Under the pieces are notes generated by a model. The model saw only the letters and a list, made by a program, of their open reading frames with translations, had not been told where the DNA came from and did not search any database. The position numbers were made by a program, and so were the translations under genes. Positions 1 through 11,589 of a stretch of DNA of 64,000 nucleotides are shown in pieces. This stretch comes from Hydrolagus colliei (taxonomy: Eukaryota), in NCBI GenBank assembly GCA_035084275.1, contig CM068775.1, positions 744,001 through 808,000 on the forward strand, written 5' to 3'. Every line of letters begins with the position of its first letter. The stretch's first letter is position 1.

Positions 1-1001
1 ACAGGATAGATCAAGGGTTGTGCTTTTGTTTTAGCAGAATAATCAAGGTACACATTGCAGCACATTTCTGCACTAAGAATGTTATCAGGTTTCCCTCCCA
101 CTGTCCCTCCGCCTCGCCCCTCCCTGGCCTCCTTCAAGTCCCTCCTCAAGACTCCTCTTTGATGGTCACATTGGTAACTCATAATCCCCCCATTCACTCC
201 CCCACTCCTGTCCCCAGCTTGAGTCTGAAACAGTGACTGTCCAGCACCTCGGGACATCTTCCTATAAAAGTGCTATACAAGTTTACTTTTATTGTGTTCT
301 TGTTGTTCAACAACAACAACTTCAATTTATATAGCGCCACATCTAAATTGTTCATCATGTATCAAATAGAATTAGCTGCTTAGACATACAAAAGAGGGAA
401 CTTGGATGAACAAAGGGAACCTATATGGTATATTGGGAGAGAGATGGGATAATTTTATACGAGAGATGAATAAATACTCATTTGGAAAAAAACGACAGGC
501 AGCAACGGCCAAAAAAACGTGAAACCAAATGTGCTTCTGTGCAGGGACATTCTGTGTTACTGTGAAATGCTGACAAGTGAGGGCTGCTATATAAACACAA
601 CTTGTTGTTGTGTAAAACAGCAATGTACTGTGACATTTATAACTACAATCATGTGGTTTCAAATGATATTTCCTTGTTGCGCTCACTCTTTTACTTAAAT
701 CTGCACCATCCATCCTGCATTCAAGCATTTAGTGTGAAAACAGTAAAATAATTACACTTGGAAAACAAAAGCAGCTGCTGATCACTGGATCAGCAGCTAA
801 GACTACTAAGACACAACTCAAGCGGAAACATTGATGGCGTTCTCAGCAAAACCCTAACTGATGTTGGACAGTTCATTTCACAGCTTTTGTTTAATGCTGA
901 GCTTCTGTGTATCTGAACCATTTGGAAATCAGAAGCCAAGACACACTTGAGACAAAATTAACAGGAAAGAGAGGGAACAAACAGCTCACTAAGTTTGATC
1001 A

Positions 1002-1007
1002 TTTATT
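1002..1007 (-). terminator. Candidate polyadenylation signal for membrane IgM mRNA
   Basis: AATAAA on minus strand about 400 nt downstream of the TM2 stop. Confidence 0.45.
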
Positions 1008-1403
1008 GATAATTCAGGCAAACAAGCATACAGTGTCTGTAGGCACTATGATACAGGAGCAGAATACAATATGTACAGCTTCAGATTGAAATCAAAGGAC
1101 AGAGTATAACAGCCTCTGTCTTTCTGTATCATTACACCTCACACATGGTAAACAGCAAATAAAGAATATCAGATAGGTGTGATGTTAAATGAAATCCCAA
1201 CATGATTTGTTATTCCCAAAAGCCCACTGTAATATGAACCAACAATAAGAAAAGTCACTAAAATTCATGGAGCTGCACAATACTATGTTTAATTCCTGTG
1301 ATTTTGTAAAATGTGTGAAACAAAACATCACATAATCCGTCACAAGACATTGGTGATAAACATAAACACACGAGGCACATCTGTGACGTTAAGGTTAAGA
1401 AAC

Positions 1404-1412
1404 TCATTTTAC
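1404..1412 (-). CDS. IGHM: IgM TM2 exon (Val-Lys-stop)
   Basis: Minus strand cttctattttccag|GTA AAA TGA; phase 0 matches the TM1 donor, giving the canonical KVK cytoplasmic tail. Confidence 0.85.
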   Translation of the reverse strand, partial: VK

Positions 1413-1512
1413 CTGGAAAATAGAAGTAAACATAGGATCAATAATTTCAGCCTTTGTGGCAAGATGGTATTTAAGTTTGTTTTTATTGATGTATAATAAT
1501 CCACAGATAGAT

Positions 1513-2148
1513 GCACACACACATACAACTGATAAGAATAAGAATAATCCTTGCATTTGATATAGCGCTTTTCACTTCTTGTATCTGTTTCAAAATATAT
1601 CACAGAATATACCATAAAATCAATTGACTCTATAATTGTGGGTGAAACGTGGCAGCCAATTGCACACAGCATTTTCCCACAAACGGTCGTGGATTGAAAT
1701 GACCAATTTTTATTATTGCTTTTTTGAAGGGATTATTATTAGGCATGTTGAGTAAGGACATTTTCCCAAGGTTTAGCACTGACTTGACTGGATTTGAACA
1801 CATGTCTCACACAGCTTGTAAGGCAAATGCTCTAACCATTGAGCTGCAGGACTGAGCTACATTAATAATAATAATAATAATTATAATCCTTGCATTTGAT
1901 ATAGCGCTTTCCACATCTTATCAACGTCCCAAAGCGCTTCACAGAATATACTGTAAGGTGAATTGACTGTATATATTTGTGGGCAATTGCGTACAGCAGT
2001 GTCCCACACACAGTCGTGGATTGAAATGACCAATTTTATTATTGTGTTTTTTTGAAGGGATTAATATTAGGCGTGTGGAGTAAGGAAACTTGCCCAAGGT
2101 TTCGCCCTGACCTGCCTGGATTTGAACACAGGTCTCCCCAGCTTGCAA
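1513..2148 (-). mobile_element. Two head-to-tail tRNA-derived SINEs with Deu-type core and L2-like tail
   Basis: Each has a tRNA-like head, a GTGGG..GCTGTG..CAATTGGCTGCC core and a GCGCTATATCAAATGCAAGGATTATT tail. Confidence 0.8.
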
Positions 2149-2303
2149 GATATCAATCAATCAAAACTAACATTTATATAGTGCCTTTTACGTCAAGAGG
2201 ACGTCCCAAGGCACTGTACAGTTAGGTAGGGACAAGACCAGGGGGGGAGGGGTCAGAAATGAAGAAAGGTAGGAATGGTAGGAAAACTGAAGAAATGTTG
2301 AAG

Positions 2304-2611
2304 AAAAATGAAGAAAGTTAGGAAATATATTTGGCTGCAGCGTTTCACCCACAAATATGCTTTCGGCTTTCCTGCTCTCCTTCCTCCTACCCCGACCCAT
2401 CCCCTAGCCATCTTTCCCCACTTTTTCTCCCAATCCCACTTCAATGACTGTTTGTGGGAAAAATGAAGAAAGGTAGAAAATATATTTGGGTGCCACGTTT
2501 CACCCACAAATATACATTCGGCTTCCCTGCTCTCCTTCTGCCTACCCCGACCCATCCCCTTGCCATCTTTCCCCCCCTTTTCCCCTAATCCCACTTCAAT
2601 GACTGTTTGTG
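2304..2611. repeat. Two tandem ~155-bp composite units
   Basis: 2304-2458 resembles 2459-2611; related sequence at ~42780-42960. Confidence 0.8.
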
Positions 2612-2760
2612 ATCCCACACAATGATCCTGCCCTGTAAGGACAGATAGAGTTTCCCAGTGCAGTGGCTGTAATTAGAATCACTATTAGTGTTGCCATGCA
2701 CAAGTATTTAACAGTAGCTGTTATATCACCTCATGGTATCAATGAATTTACTCTCCTCAC

Positions 2761-2891
2761 CTTAATTAGAGTGATGGTGGCACTATAGAACATACTCAGG
2801 AAGAAGAGGATGATGAAGGTGGAAGCAGTAGGCCAGAGGTTGCCACTTTCATCAGGTGGGAAACCTTCCAGCATCATCTCAGTTGGGAAAT
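2761..2891 (-). CDS. IGHM: IgM TM1 exon (spacer plus transmembrane helix)
   Basis: tttatcctcacag|AT TTC ... ATT AAG|gtgagg; encodes DFPTEMMLEGFPPDESGNLWPTASTFIILFFLSMFYSATITLIK with the conserved antigen-receptor TM motif. Confidence 0.95.
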
Positions 2892-3881
2892 CTGTGAGGA
2901 TAAAGGATAAGAAATATATTCAGAGGAGATTGAAACCTGAGACTTTTCTTCTTTTCCCTGTTTGATTATTAATGTATATAAAGTTTCCTAGTTGTTCACG
3001 GGCTCCCTTCCCTCTATTGAACTACACAGAACCTCCTGCCAATTCTTCCAAGCTTTTAATATTAAGAGAAATAAAGAAGAGATTGATTTAATCATTTGTG
3101 TGTTTGTTCCCAACAAATTGTTGTATCCATTGCATTGGGAAAAGTGAATCTGTGGAATTACAGAGAACGGAAATCCTTCCATTGAGACTCTGCAGGTAGA
3201 GCAAGGACAGACCTGCTCCAATCCTCCAATTCCACCTTCTGCCTGTTCTTTCGCACATTTACATGGTGACTATTGATACCATTTGAAATTCCTTCACATT
3301 ATGATATTGTGATAAAGAATCCTATATTCTAAAAGATCTCTATATAAAAATCCACTCTGCCTTTAGTGACTTTCCTGTATGTTTTATCCCGTTTGTATGG
3401 ATACAATTGTCTTTCACTCTGTGAGTCTTTCAAAACCGTCATACATTTGAAAACTTGTGTTTGATTCTCTTCACTTGTTCTTTTTATGAGAACAGCCACA
3501 ATGTTTGCAGCTGATCTTCATCACTGGAAACGCCAATCACCAGGATCATCTTTGTGATCTTTGTGAAACTTCTCTAAACCCTCTCAGCGGCTCCTATGTC
3601 CTTGGTATAATAGTGTCCAGAACTGCACACAGTAACTCCCCTCACAATCCTGCTAACTTTATATGTCATTGGCTATCGATTACCAGTGTGAAACACACAT
3701 AATCCATCTTGATGGCCTTTTGGATACACACTTGTATCTACTTATACTGCAAGCTCTCTCCCATTTCACATTTAATACTATTATTTTGCTGTAATTCCTG
3801 TAGCAAATTTTTTTCGAACTGGTGTCTATATCAATATCTATGTCAAAATGTCTATATCAAATAGTTAACATGGTTGTAAAG

Positions 3882-4290
3882 CAACAACAACAACAATTTA
3901 CATTTATATAGCGCCTTTCACGTCGGGAGGACGTCCCAAGGCGCTAAACAAGAGGCGTTTGACCCGAGCTGGGATGGGAGTGTTTGGGAAGGGGTGAAAC
4001 ACGAAGGGGAGGTAAAAGAGTTCAGGGTGGAACAAAAGGCACGATCGAAGAGGAAAGTCTTCAAATCGGCCTTGAAAGAGGAAAGTGAAGAGGCGAAACG
4101 GAGGGATTGAGGGATGGCATTCCATAAGGTGGGAGCGGAGAAACTGAAGGCCCGGCCTCCGATGGTGGGGCGGTTCGGGCGGGGGGCTTGGAGCAGGCCA
4201 AGTCCTGTTGAACGGAGGGTCCGGGTGGTCGTGTAGGGGGAGAGTAGATCGGTTAGGTAGGATGGGGCAAGGCCGTGTAAGGCCTTGTAA
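3882..4290 (-). mobile_element. L2 LINE 3' fragment (young subfamily)
   Basis: Encodes YKALHGLAPSYLTDLLSPY...RPTIGGRAFSFSAPTLWN with a (TTG)n tail; highly similar to 15750-16160. Confidence 0.9.
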
Positions 4291-4619
4291 AGCAATAGAG
4301 GAACTGACACAAACATCTAGGGAAACAAACTAAAGGGATTGAGGATTAAGTGTAACAGGGTTCATCTTTGAGCGCTATTGATTAGCACCTTTGCTGCCTG
4401 TGGCCGGCCGTGTGAGGCTGATTGGGGAAGGGATCAGATACTGGCCCTCACTGTCAAGATGATGTTTCGTATCTTAAAGAACAATAACATGGACCATATT
4501 GTCAAACAACTGCAGATAGACTTCCAGTAAAATGAGTAATAGTAAAAGTAAGCTGTGTTTGTAACAGCAACGTATAAAAGGGGAGAAGTGAGTCTCCTGC
4601 CTGACCAAGAGCTGCAGCA

Positions 4620-5135
4620 ATGTGATCAGTTTAGTGTGAGTGTGTGTGAGGGCCTGGATGATACTGAGTCTGCGTGGGCCTAAGTGATTGTGTGAGTTGG
4701 GGTGGGGGGGGAGGGGGTATGTATCTGGGTGATTGTGATGGCGTGTGAGCAATGGGTGATTGTGAATGTCTGTGAGTTTGTGTGTTTGCTTGTGGCCTGC
4801 ATGATTATGAGTGTGTGATAGGGGGTGCTGGGTGATTTTGAGTGTGTTTTAGTGAGTGGGCTTGGGTGAGTGTGAGTGTATGTGTGAGCCAGGTTGATTG
4901 TCAGTGCGTGTGTGGATCTGTGTTATTGCGAGTCTGTGCGAGTATGTGAACCTGCGTGAATGTGAGTGTATGTTAGTGTGTGTGGATCTGGATGAGTGTG
5001 AGTGTTTATGGGCATGGGTAGATGTGAATGTATATGTATGAGTGTGTGTGGGTCTGGGTGCGTGAGTGTGTATAGGTCTGGGTGGATGTGAATAAGTGTG
5101 TGTCTGTGTGTGTGTCTAAGTATGTGTGTGTTCAA
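4620..5135. repeat. Degenerate (TG)n/TGTGAG low-complexity tract
   Basis: Direct inspection; source of spurious H/T-rich ORFs. Confidence 0.85.
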
Positions 5136-5231
5136 GTGAATATGTTGCTGTTCCCAGATCTGTTTCTGGCTATGTAAGAAGTATTGGTTTTAACAGGAAA
5201 TATGGTCAAAAACATGCCAGAGTTTGCATCC

Positions 5232-5308
5232 CCCTTGTAAAAAAAAGTACCATGTTAATGGTGGTAGTAGCATGACAGTACCATTATCATGGTACTTTTT
5301 TACAAGGG
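5232..5308. mobile_element. 77-bp MITE-like palindromic element
   Basis: ~30-bp terminal inverted repeats CCCTTGTAAAAAA(AA)GTACCATG(T/A)TAATGGT, with CC on both flanks as a possible 2-bp TSD; copy at 54714-54790. Confidence 0.7.
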
Positions 5309-6050
5309 CCGAGATGTTGTCACGTGTGGAATGTGATGTTATTCAGTGAAAAAGAAAATATCCTGGAAGGGATCAGGTGTAGCTTTCCTGCACAATTCCA
5401 AAACACAATTCTGACTGAGATTGGATGGTAACTAGTGATGTAGAATGATTTGGGACAATTCTATTAACTTTTGTTTGGCCAGCTGGATGTCTTTCACATT
5501 TGGAAACCCATCCCCAGGCGTAAGGGAATCCAAACCAAACTGACTGTTCTATTAACTTGCTACTAACATTGCTTCAAACAAAAGATACAGGAACAACAAC
5601 AGCTTGCACTTATATACTGCCCTCCAAGCTGGTAAGCGTCTCAGAGCACTTAACAGTGGTGCAGTCTAACTATGAGCTTGAGGGGGATTGGGGGTAGGTG
5701 CCCATGAGCATCGACGAGGAGGAAGCATTTCAGGTGGGATATGAAAAGGTGGACAGATTCGGGCAAGGTGGAGAGAATGAGGAAGAGTGTTCCAGTGTTT
5801 GGGGGCCTAATGGTTGAAAGCGTGACCTCTGATGGTGAGACGGAGGGTGTGAGGGACAAGCAGGAGGCCAGTGCCAGTCGAGTGAGGCTCCGGGTGGTGG
5901 TTGGGGGTTGGGGGAGTGAGGAGATGGGGAAGGTGCCAGGGAGTGAGTGGATTCCAGAGGATCATTCCTCACTCTGGATATTGTGTGTATAATTAATGAT
6001 TCATTTTAAACCATCCCCTCTGTACCTGACTCATCAATACAATAATGATC

Positions 6051-6056
6051 TTTATT
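6051..6056 (-). terminator. Polyadenylation signal for secreted IgM mRNA
   Basis: AATAAA on minus strand about 90 nt after the secretory stop. Confidence 0.7.
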
Positions 6057-6145
6057 TCAGTTACTTTTTCATGACTCCAAACTGACAATGCAATGGTAGG
6101 GAGGTGAATGCACAAGAGAATAAGCGAAATGGTATTGAGGGAAGC

Positions 6146-6537
6146 TCATTGACAAGCATTCACTGTGTCCATCTGGACAAGGGAAATGTTTACAAAACTG
6201 GGTTTACCGCTGCATTTATTCACAGCTCTGGTCAGGGTCTTTAGTGGGAAAGATTCATGTCCGACCACACAGGAGTAGGTGTGTCCCCGGTCCCAGTCTT
6301 CGGCTGAGATGGTTAACATACTGTACATGGAGTAGTTGTGATCTGCACTGGCTGCCATCACCTCAGTGTTCATGTAGTTGCTGGCATCAATCACCTGGTC
6401 ATTAACAGCCCACTCCACAAAGATCTCTTTGGGAGTGAAGTCCTTCACCAGGCAGGTCAGGGTGACAGACTGATGAGTAGACAATTCTTCTGCCGAGGGG
6501 AGGAGCAGATACACTGAAGGTTGTTTCATGTGCAGAA
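6146..6537 (-). CDS. IGHM: IgM Cmu4 exon plus secretory tailpiece (internal donor after 6208 for membrane form)
   Basis: ttcccacag|TT CTG CAC ATG...; C1-set Ig domain; tail GKPSFVNISLVQMDTVNACQ* with N-glycan site and penultimate Cys typical of chondrichthyan IgM; AGC G|gtaaa donor. Confidence 0.97.
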
Positions 6538-7010
6538 CTGTGGGAAGAATACAATCAAATCAATACACTAATGGGGTCAATCAGAGGAAACCTTCAAGCA
6601 CAAGATACAGCAGAACAAGCTGAGAATGATATGTGTCTCTGTTCATTTTGTGCTCAGTGATTTGTAATTGTTGGTGTGACTGGGAACACTGGTGTGTATT
6701 GATATCTCCCAACAGTACTTTATTATTTGCATCCAGTGACCAGTGGATTAGATGTGGCTGCGTTTTCTCTGTGAAAACATGTTTAGATAATCTCCAGATA
6801 AAATGCTTAGATTATTTTAGATATTAATCACGTGAGTGAATGTAGTTATCACTTTATATAAGGGTGTATTTTCTGGTCTTTGTGGAGGGGACAAATCTAC
6901 TGACATACAGAAAAAATCCGACAGATTTTTTGATTGTTTTCACATTTGTCCAGACTCTGAAGTTACAGTAACCAAATAAATTATATATTTGCTGAAACCT
7001 GGCTCCTTAC

Positions 7011-7319
7011 CTTCCCTCTTAACTATCTTTTCTCTGATGGGAGTTGGCATATCTTCATGGCTGGCAATGCAGTTGAATTCTTTCCCACTAATCCAGTCGT
7101 GTGTAGAAATGTTTAATTCACTGATCACTTCCTGAGGCTCAGTGGCAGACTGTTTCCCATGTCCAGACTGTAAAGTTGTCTGTCCTTGTGTCCAATCCAC
7201 ATTGACGTCAAGTGGTGAATTAGTCACAATACAGGTCAGAATTACAGAGGATTCCATCAAAACCTGTTTCTGTGAAGGTGGCAAGAAAGAGACCTTGACA
7301 TCTCCGTGATCCACACATT
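7011..7319 (-). CDS. IGHM: IgM Cmu3 exon
   Basis: ccttttccag|AA TGT GTG ... GAA G|gtaagg; (E)CVDHGDVKVSFLPPS...LTC...W...FNCIASHED; phase 1/1. Confidence 0.96.
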
Positions 7320-7654
7320 CTGGAAAAGGAAAAAGAAGCAACAACAAAATTACACCTGTAATTTGTAAGGATGTGCCAAGGTGCTGGACAGTCAGGGGTC
7401 CAGATATGTCCATGGGGGAGGGGTTTGGACAGGGTTGGGTGATTGAGTGCGGAGAATCATGTGTGTGGCTGAGGGCATGGTCCAAATGGAATGTCTTCAG
7501 TCTGGCCTTGAAGGAGCCAAGGATAGGAGCATGGTGAAGGGATCATGGGATGGAGTTCACCTGGCTAGGGGCAGAGAGGCTGAAAGCCCGGTTGTCAGTG
7601 GTAGGGCTTGACAGGCGAGACACATGGAGAAGGCGGTGTCTGGTGAATAGAGGG

Positions 7655-8165
7655 AGCAGATATAGAATCATAGAATTTTATGGCACAAAAGGAAGCCATT
7701 CGGCCCATCTGGTCTGTGCCGGCTGTTTGAAAAGAGCAGCTCAATCCCACTGCCCCACTTTCTCCCCATAACCTAACAGACCTCTTCTCCCTAAATAGTG
7801 ATCTAATTCTCTTTTAAAAGCTGTTATCCAATTGGCCTCTACCACCTTTTCAGGTATTGCATTCCAGATTTGAACAACCTGCTGAGTGAAAACATTTCTC
7901 TTCAGCTCCCCTCTGCTTCGTTTTGAAACTATTTGAAATCTGTGCTCATGAGTTACAGATTCGCCCACCAGCGGAAACAGTTTTCCTGATTCACCCTGTC
8001 GAATCCCCTCATGATTTTATGAACCTCTATTAGGTCTCCTCTCAACCTTCTCTGTTCCAAAGATAAAAATCTAGCCTATTTAGCCTTTCCCCACAACTGA
8101 AGTCCCTCAATCCTGGTACCATTCTAGTAAACCTTCTTTGCACATGTTGAAAGCGAGTCAGCAGG
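7655..8165 (-). mobile_element. CR1 LINE 3' fragment nested in L2 remnants
   Basis: FQHVQRRFTRMVPGL and FTQQVVQIWNAIPEKVVEA...GYG motifs; TTCTATGA-type tail. Confidence 0.85.
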
Positions 8166-8526
8166 TCAGAGACGGAGGAGGGGGCAAGTCTGTGGATGGC
8201 TTTCAAAGTGAGGAGCAGGATTTTGAATTCTTTCCTCTGAAGGATGGGGAGCCAGTGGAGCCAGGCTAGGGTAGGTGCGAGTGTGGGATTGATGGGGTCA
8301 CAGGTTCTGGAGTGAAGTGTTGGGCAGGTTGACAAGGAGGGAGTTTCCATAGTGAAGCCTTGATGTGACAAATGCATGTACAAAGCTCACAAGCGCAATG
8401 TTCCCACTGAAATACACCAAAGGGACACAATACAAATGACCGTTAGAGCTCCCACAAGTGGACATTGGAAAGGAAACTGAGAGCCAGGTTGTTGCCATGT
8501 TTATCAGCTGGTGTAGCGCCACCTAC

Positions 8527-8856
8527 CTGAGGACTTGGTGATGTTCTTGACAATGATGGTCTGGGTGGGGACATGGGTCACCTGGCAAGTGTAAACCGCG
8601 TCGTTCCTCCAGTCTCTGGCGGGGACAGTCAGCCGGCTGCTGGTGCTGAATGTCCCATTGTCTTCTTTAACCGAGAGAGAGGTCACAACACCTGAGGTTA
8701 TGATCTGCCAGTCCTTCAGCCAGTCAACCCTGAGTTTGTCTGGACGGAAACTGGATATTAAGCAGACAGCAGTGGCCTGTTTGTTCAGTGTGATGTCTTC
8801 AGGGGAAGTCTGTGTGAGGATCACAACTGGAGGTGATGGATCCTGGAGTAACTCAA
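8527..8856 (-). CDS. IGHM: IgM Cmu2 exon
   Basis: tgtcttgcag|TT GAG TTA ... TCA G|gtaggt; (V)ELLQDPSPPVVILTQTSPEDI...AVCLI...WLK...YTCQVTH; phase 1/1. Confidence 0.95.
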
Positions 8857-9225
8857 CTGCAAGACATTATATAAGAGGTTATGTTGTGTCAGATGCAAAC
8901 ATTTTCGGTTCGATGCAATTGATATTAGTATTGAAGCATACATGGTGTGGACAGCTCTGCCTCATTGACTTGTCTGTGCTGGTCTTGTTAATGACTAAGA
9001 AAACTAGACACTATAATCTCCTCAATCATTGATTCTGATGTATTGCACTAAACTCTAAAATAAAACAGGGTTGAAGTTGGAAAAACCTCCATTCTCCCTT
9101 CCTGTCATTGAGCATTCCTTAATCCTTACTCTCCAAAGCCAGCTCGCTCTCCTTCTCTGACTTCCACCTTCCCTCTGTTGAGCGTGTAGTTTATCTGTAT
9201 TTTGTCTTGCTGCGGGTCCATCTTT

Positions 9226-9548
9226 CCCCTGGTCCTACTGTGACTCGTGGTCACAGATTTAAAATAGTTTCAAGGCGCAGTAGAGGGGAGCTGAGGAGAA
9301 ATGTTTTCACTCAGCGAGTTGTTCGAATCTGGAATGCATTGCCTGAAAAGGTGGTGGAGGCTGATTCGATAACAACTTTTAAAAGGGAATTAGATCTTTA
9401 TTTAGGGAGAACAGGTCTATTAGGCTATGGGGAGCGGGCAGTGCAGTGGGATTGAATCGCTCTTTTCAAAGAGCCGGCACAGACTAGATGGGCCGAATGG
9501 CCTCCTTTTGTGCCGTAAAATTCTATGTTTCTATGTTTCTATGTTTCT
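9226..9548 (+). mobile_element. CR1 LINE 3' end
   Basis: TRGHRFKI...FTQRVVRIWNALPEKVVEADS...GYG* and (TTTCTATG)n tail; near-identical to 25266-25650. Confidence 0.9.
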
Positions 9549-9786
9549 ACTGAACTGGTTGGAGTCCTTTCTGTCTGTTCATATCTGTCAATTATCTCCA
9601 GGTAAAGCAGCACTCGGGAAATGAGTGTAACATTCCCAGGCCATTAAAGATTCTCTGTGATGGGAGTGTTCAAATAACCTGGTGAAGAAAACTGACAGAC
9701 CCTTACCTTCAATGTCGAGTATTCTCACCTGAATGTTGTGGGAGTGACATGTCTGATTGTTCTGGACCTTGGAACACAAAACTAAC

Positions 9787-10089
9787 CTGGTAAAGGAATG
9801 TCCACATCTGGCCAGCTGCTGCTTTTAACCTTACAACGGATGTTGCTGTTGTCCATCTGGGATTCAGCGATTGTTAACTGGCTGCTAAGAGTGTAGAGAC
9901 CGTTCTTGTTGAGCACTGAGGGATATGTCTTGACTTGGTCAGTGATGGAACGTCCATTTGATGTCCAGCTAAAAGTGGCCGGCTCAGGGTTGTAGTTGGT
10001 GGCCAGACACCAGAAAGTCACTGAGCCTCTAGAAGTGGATGGTCCACAGGATGGCAGAAGAGCATAAAGACTGGGAGGAGTAGGGACAG
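9787..10089 (-). CDS. IGHM: IgM Cmu1 exon
   Basis: ttggtttccag|CT GTC CCT ... CCA G|gttag; (A)VPTPPSLYALLPSCGP...CLATNY...W...KTYPSVLNKNGLYTLSSQLTI...CKV. Confidence 0.96.
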
Positions 10090-10924
10090 CTGGAAACCAA
10101 GAGCAAAGTTGCATTCCAGTATCTTCAATTTGGTCAGACATACAGATAAACTGAAATAAACCTGTGACACAAATCAATGCAAGCTTGCCTTCATCACATT
10201 CAGGCTTGATTATACCAAGGCCATAATTGTCGGCATATCCAACTCCCATCTCCATAGTCTGTAGATCATCCAGAACTCTGTCTCACGTGTCTGCTACTGC
10301 TCCATGCTCCGTGACCCCATCTCCCCCATTCTCACAGGAGTTTATTTGCTGCCCAAAACCAGGGGATTCATTTCAATATCCTGATCCTCACAAGCCCTCT
10401 GTGGCCTTACTCCACCCTACATCTGTGACGTCCTAACTCTCTACCAACATTCCCGCTCCCTCCAATAAGTGACCTCCGGCCTACTCTATGTGCCCCGACC
10501 CACCATCGGCGTGTGAGCCTTTAGCCACTCTGGCCCTACCCTCTGGAATTCCTTCCCCCAGTCTCTCTGCCTCACCACCTCCCTAGCCTACTTCAAGTCC
10601 CACCTCAGGACCCTCATCTTCAACAGTCCCATCCGCTCCTTTCCCTCCACCCTCCCCAATTCCAACTCCTGCTTGGGTCCAAAATATTGACTGTAATTCC
10701 TTGGGTGTCCTCCCAATGTGAAAGGCGCTAAACAAATGTAACTTTGTTGTTGTTGATGTTGTATGGATGTGTGTGTTTATGTGTATACGTGTTTATGTAT
10801 GTATATATGTGTCTATGTATGTGTATTTATTTGTATACGTTCTGTGTTTATTTGTATATGTATTGTATATGTGTGTGTGCATATGTGTAACTTTTTGAGT
10901 GCGTTTATAGGTGTGTTTGTGAGT

Positions 10925-11235
10925 TTGTTTGTGAGTTTGTTGGATTCCTGTAGCTCAATTATTGGAGCACTGGCTTTACATGTGAGTTATCTGGGTTCAA
11001 TTCCTGGCAAGGTAAAACCTTGGACAAGTTTCCTTATTCCATGCACCTGATAATAATCCTCAAGTTAAAAAAATATAATAACATTGGTCAATTGAATCCA
11101 TGACTATTTGTGGGATACTGCTGCGCACAATTGGCCAGCTAATTTGCCCACAAATGTACCTTACAGTATATTCTGGGTAGCGCTTTGAGACATCTGGAAT
11201 ATGTGAGAAGTGCTATATCAAATCCATGGATTATT
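10925..11235 (+). mobile_element. Deu-type tRNA-SINE
   Basis: TCCTGTAGCTCAAT head, GTGGGATACTGCTGCGCACAATTGGC core, GTGCTATATCAAAT tail. Confidence 0.8.
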
Positions 11236-11589
11236 ATGATGATGTACATATGAATGTGTTTGTCTGCCTGTATGCGTGTAAGTATGTGTTGAGATATTAA
11301 ACCAAGGCCCAAGGCATTTAGTTGAATGTTAAAGAGCCCACGGAAATGTTCAAAAACAGAAGCTGGCTTCTCTCTCTCTCTCTCTACGTTTCTCTCTCTC
11401 CCTCTCACTCTCGCTCTCTCTCTCTCTCTCGCTCTTTCTCCGGTTGTCCTGGTCAACAATCATCTACATAAAATTTCACAATCACTTTAGGCCTGTTTGT
11501 GGGATATTGTTGTGCTCAACTGGCTTCTATGTTTAATCCACAAAATACCATCACTCCACTTTACATTACATTGACTGCCTCCTTGTCTC

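Noticed and set aside
4620-5135. Repetitive G/T tract as a class-switch region
   Set aside because: Lies 3' of Cmu4 rather than in the J-C intron, lacks AGCT/GAGCT density, and is simple TG repeat.
6940-10255. ORF-track N-terminal extensions of the Cmu1 and Cmu3 ORFs
   Set aside because: Intronic read-through; true boundaries are defined by strong splice acceptors at 7319 and 10089.
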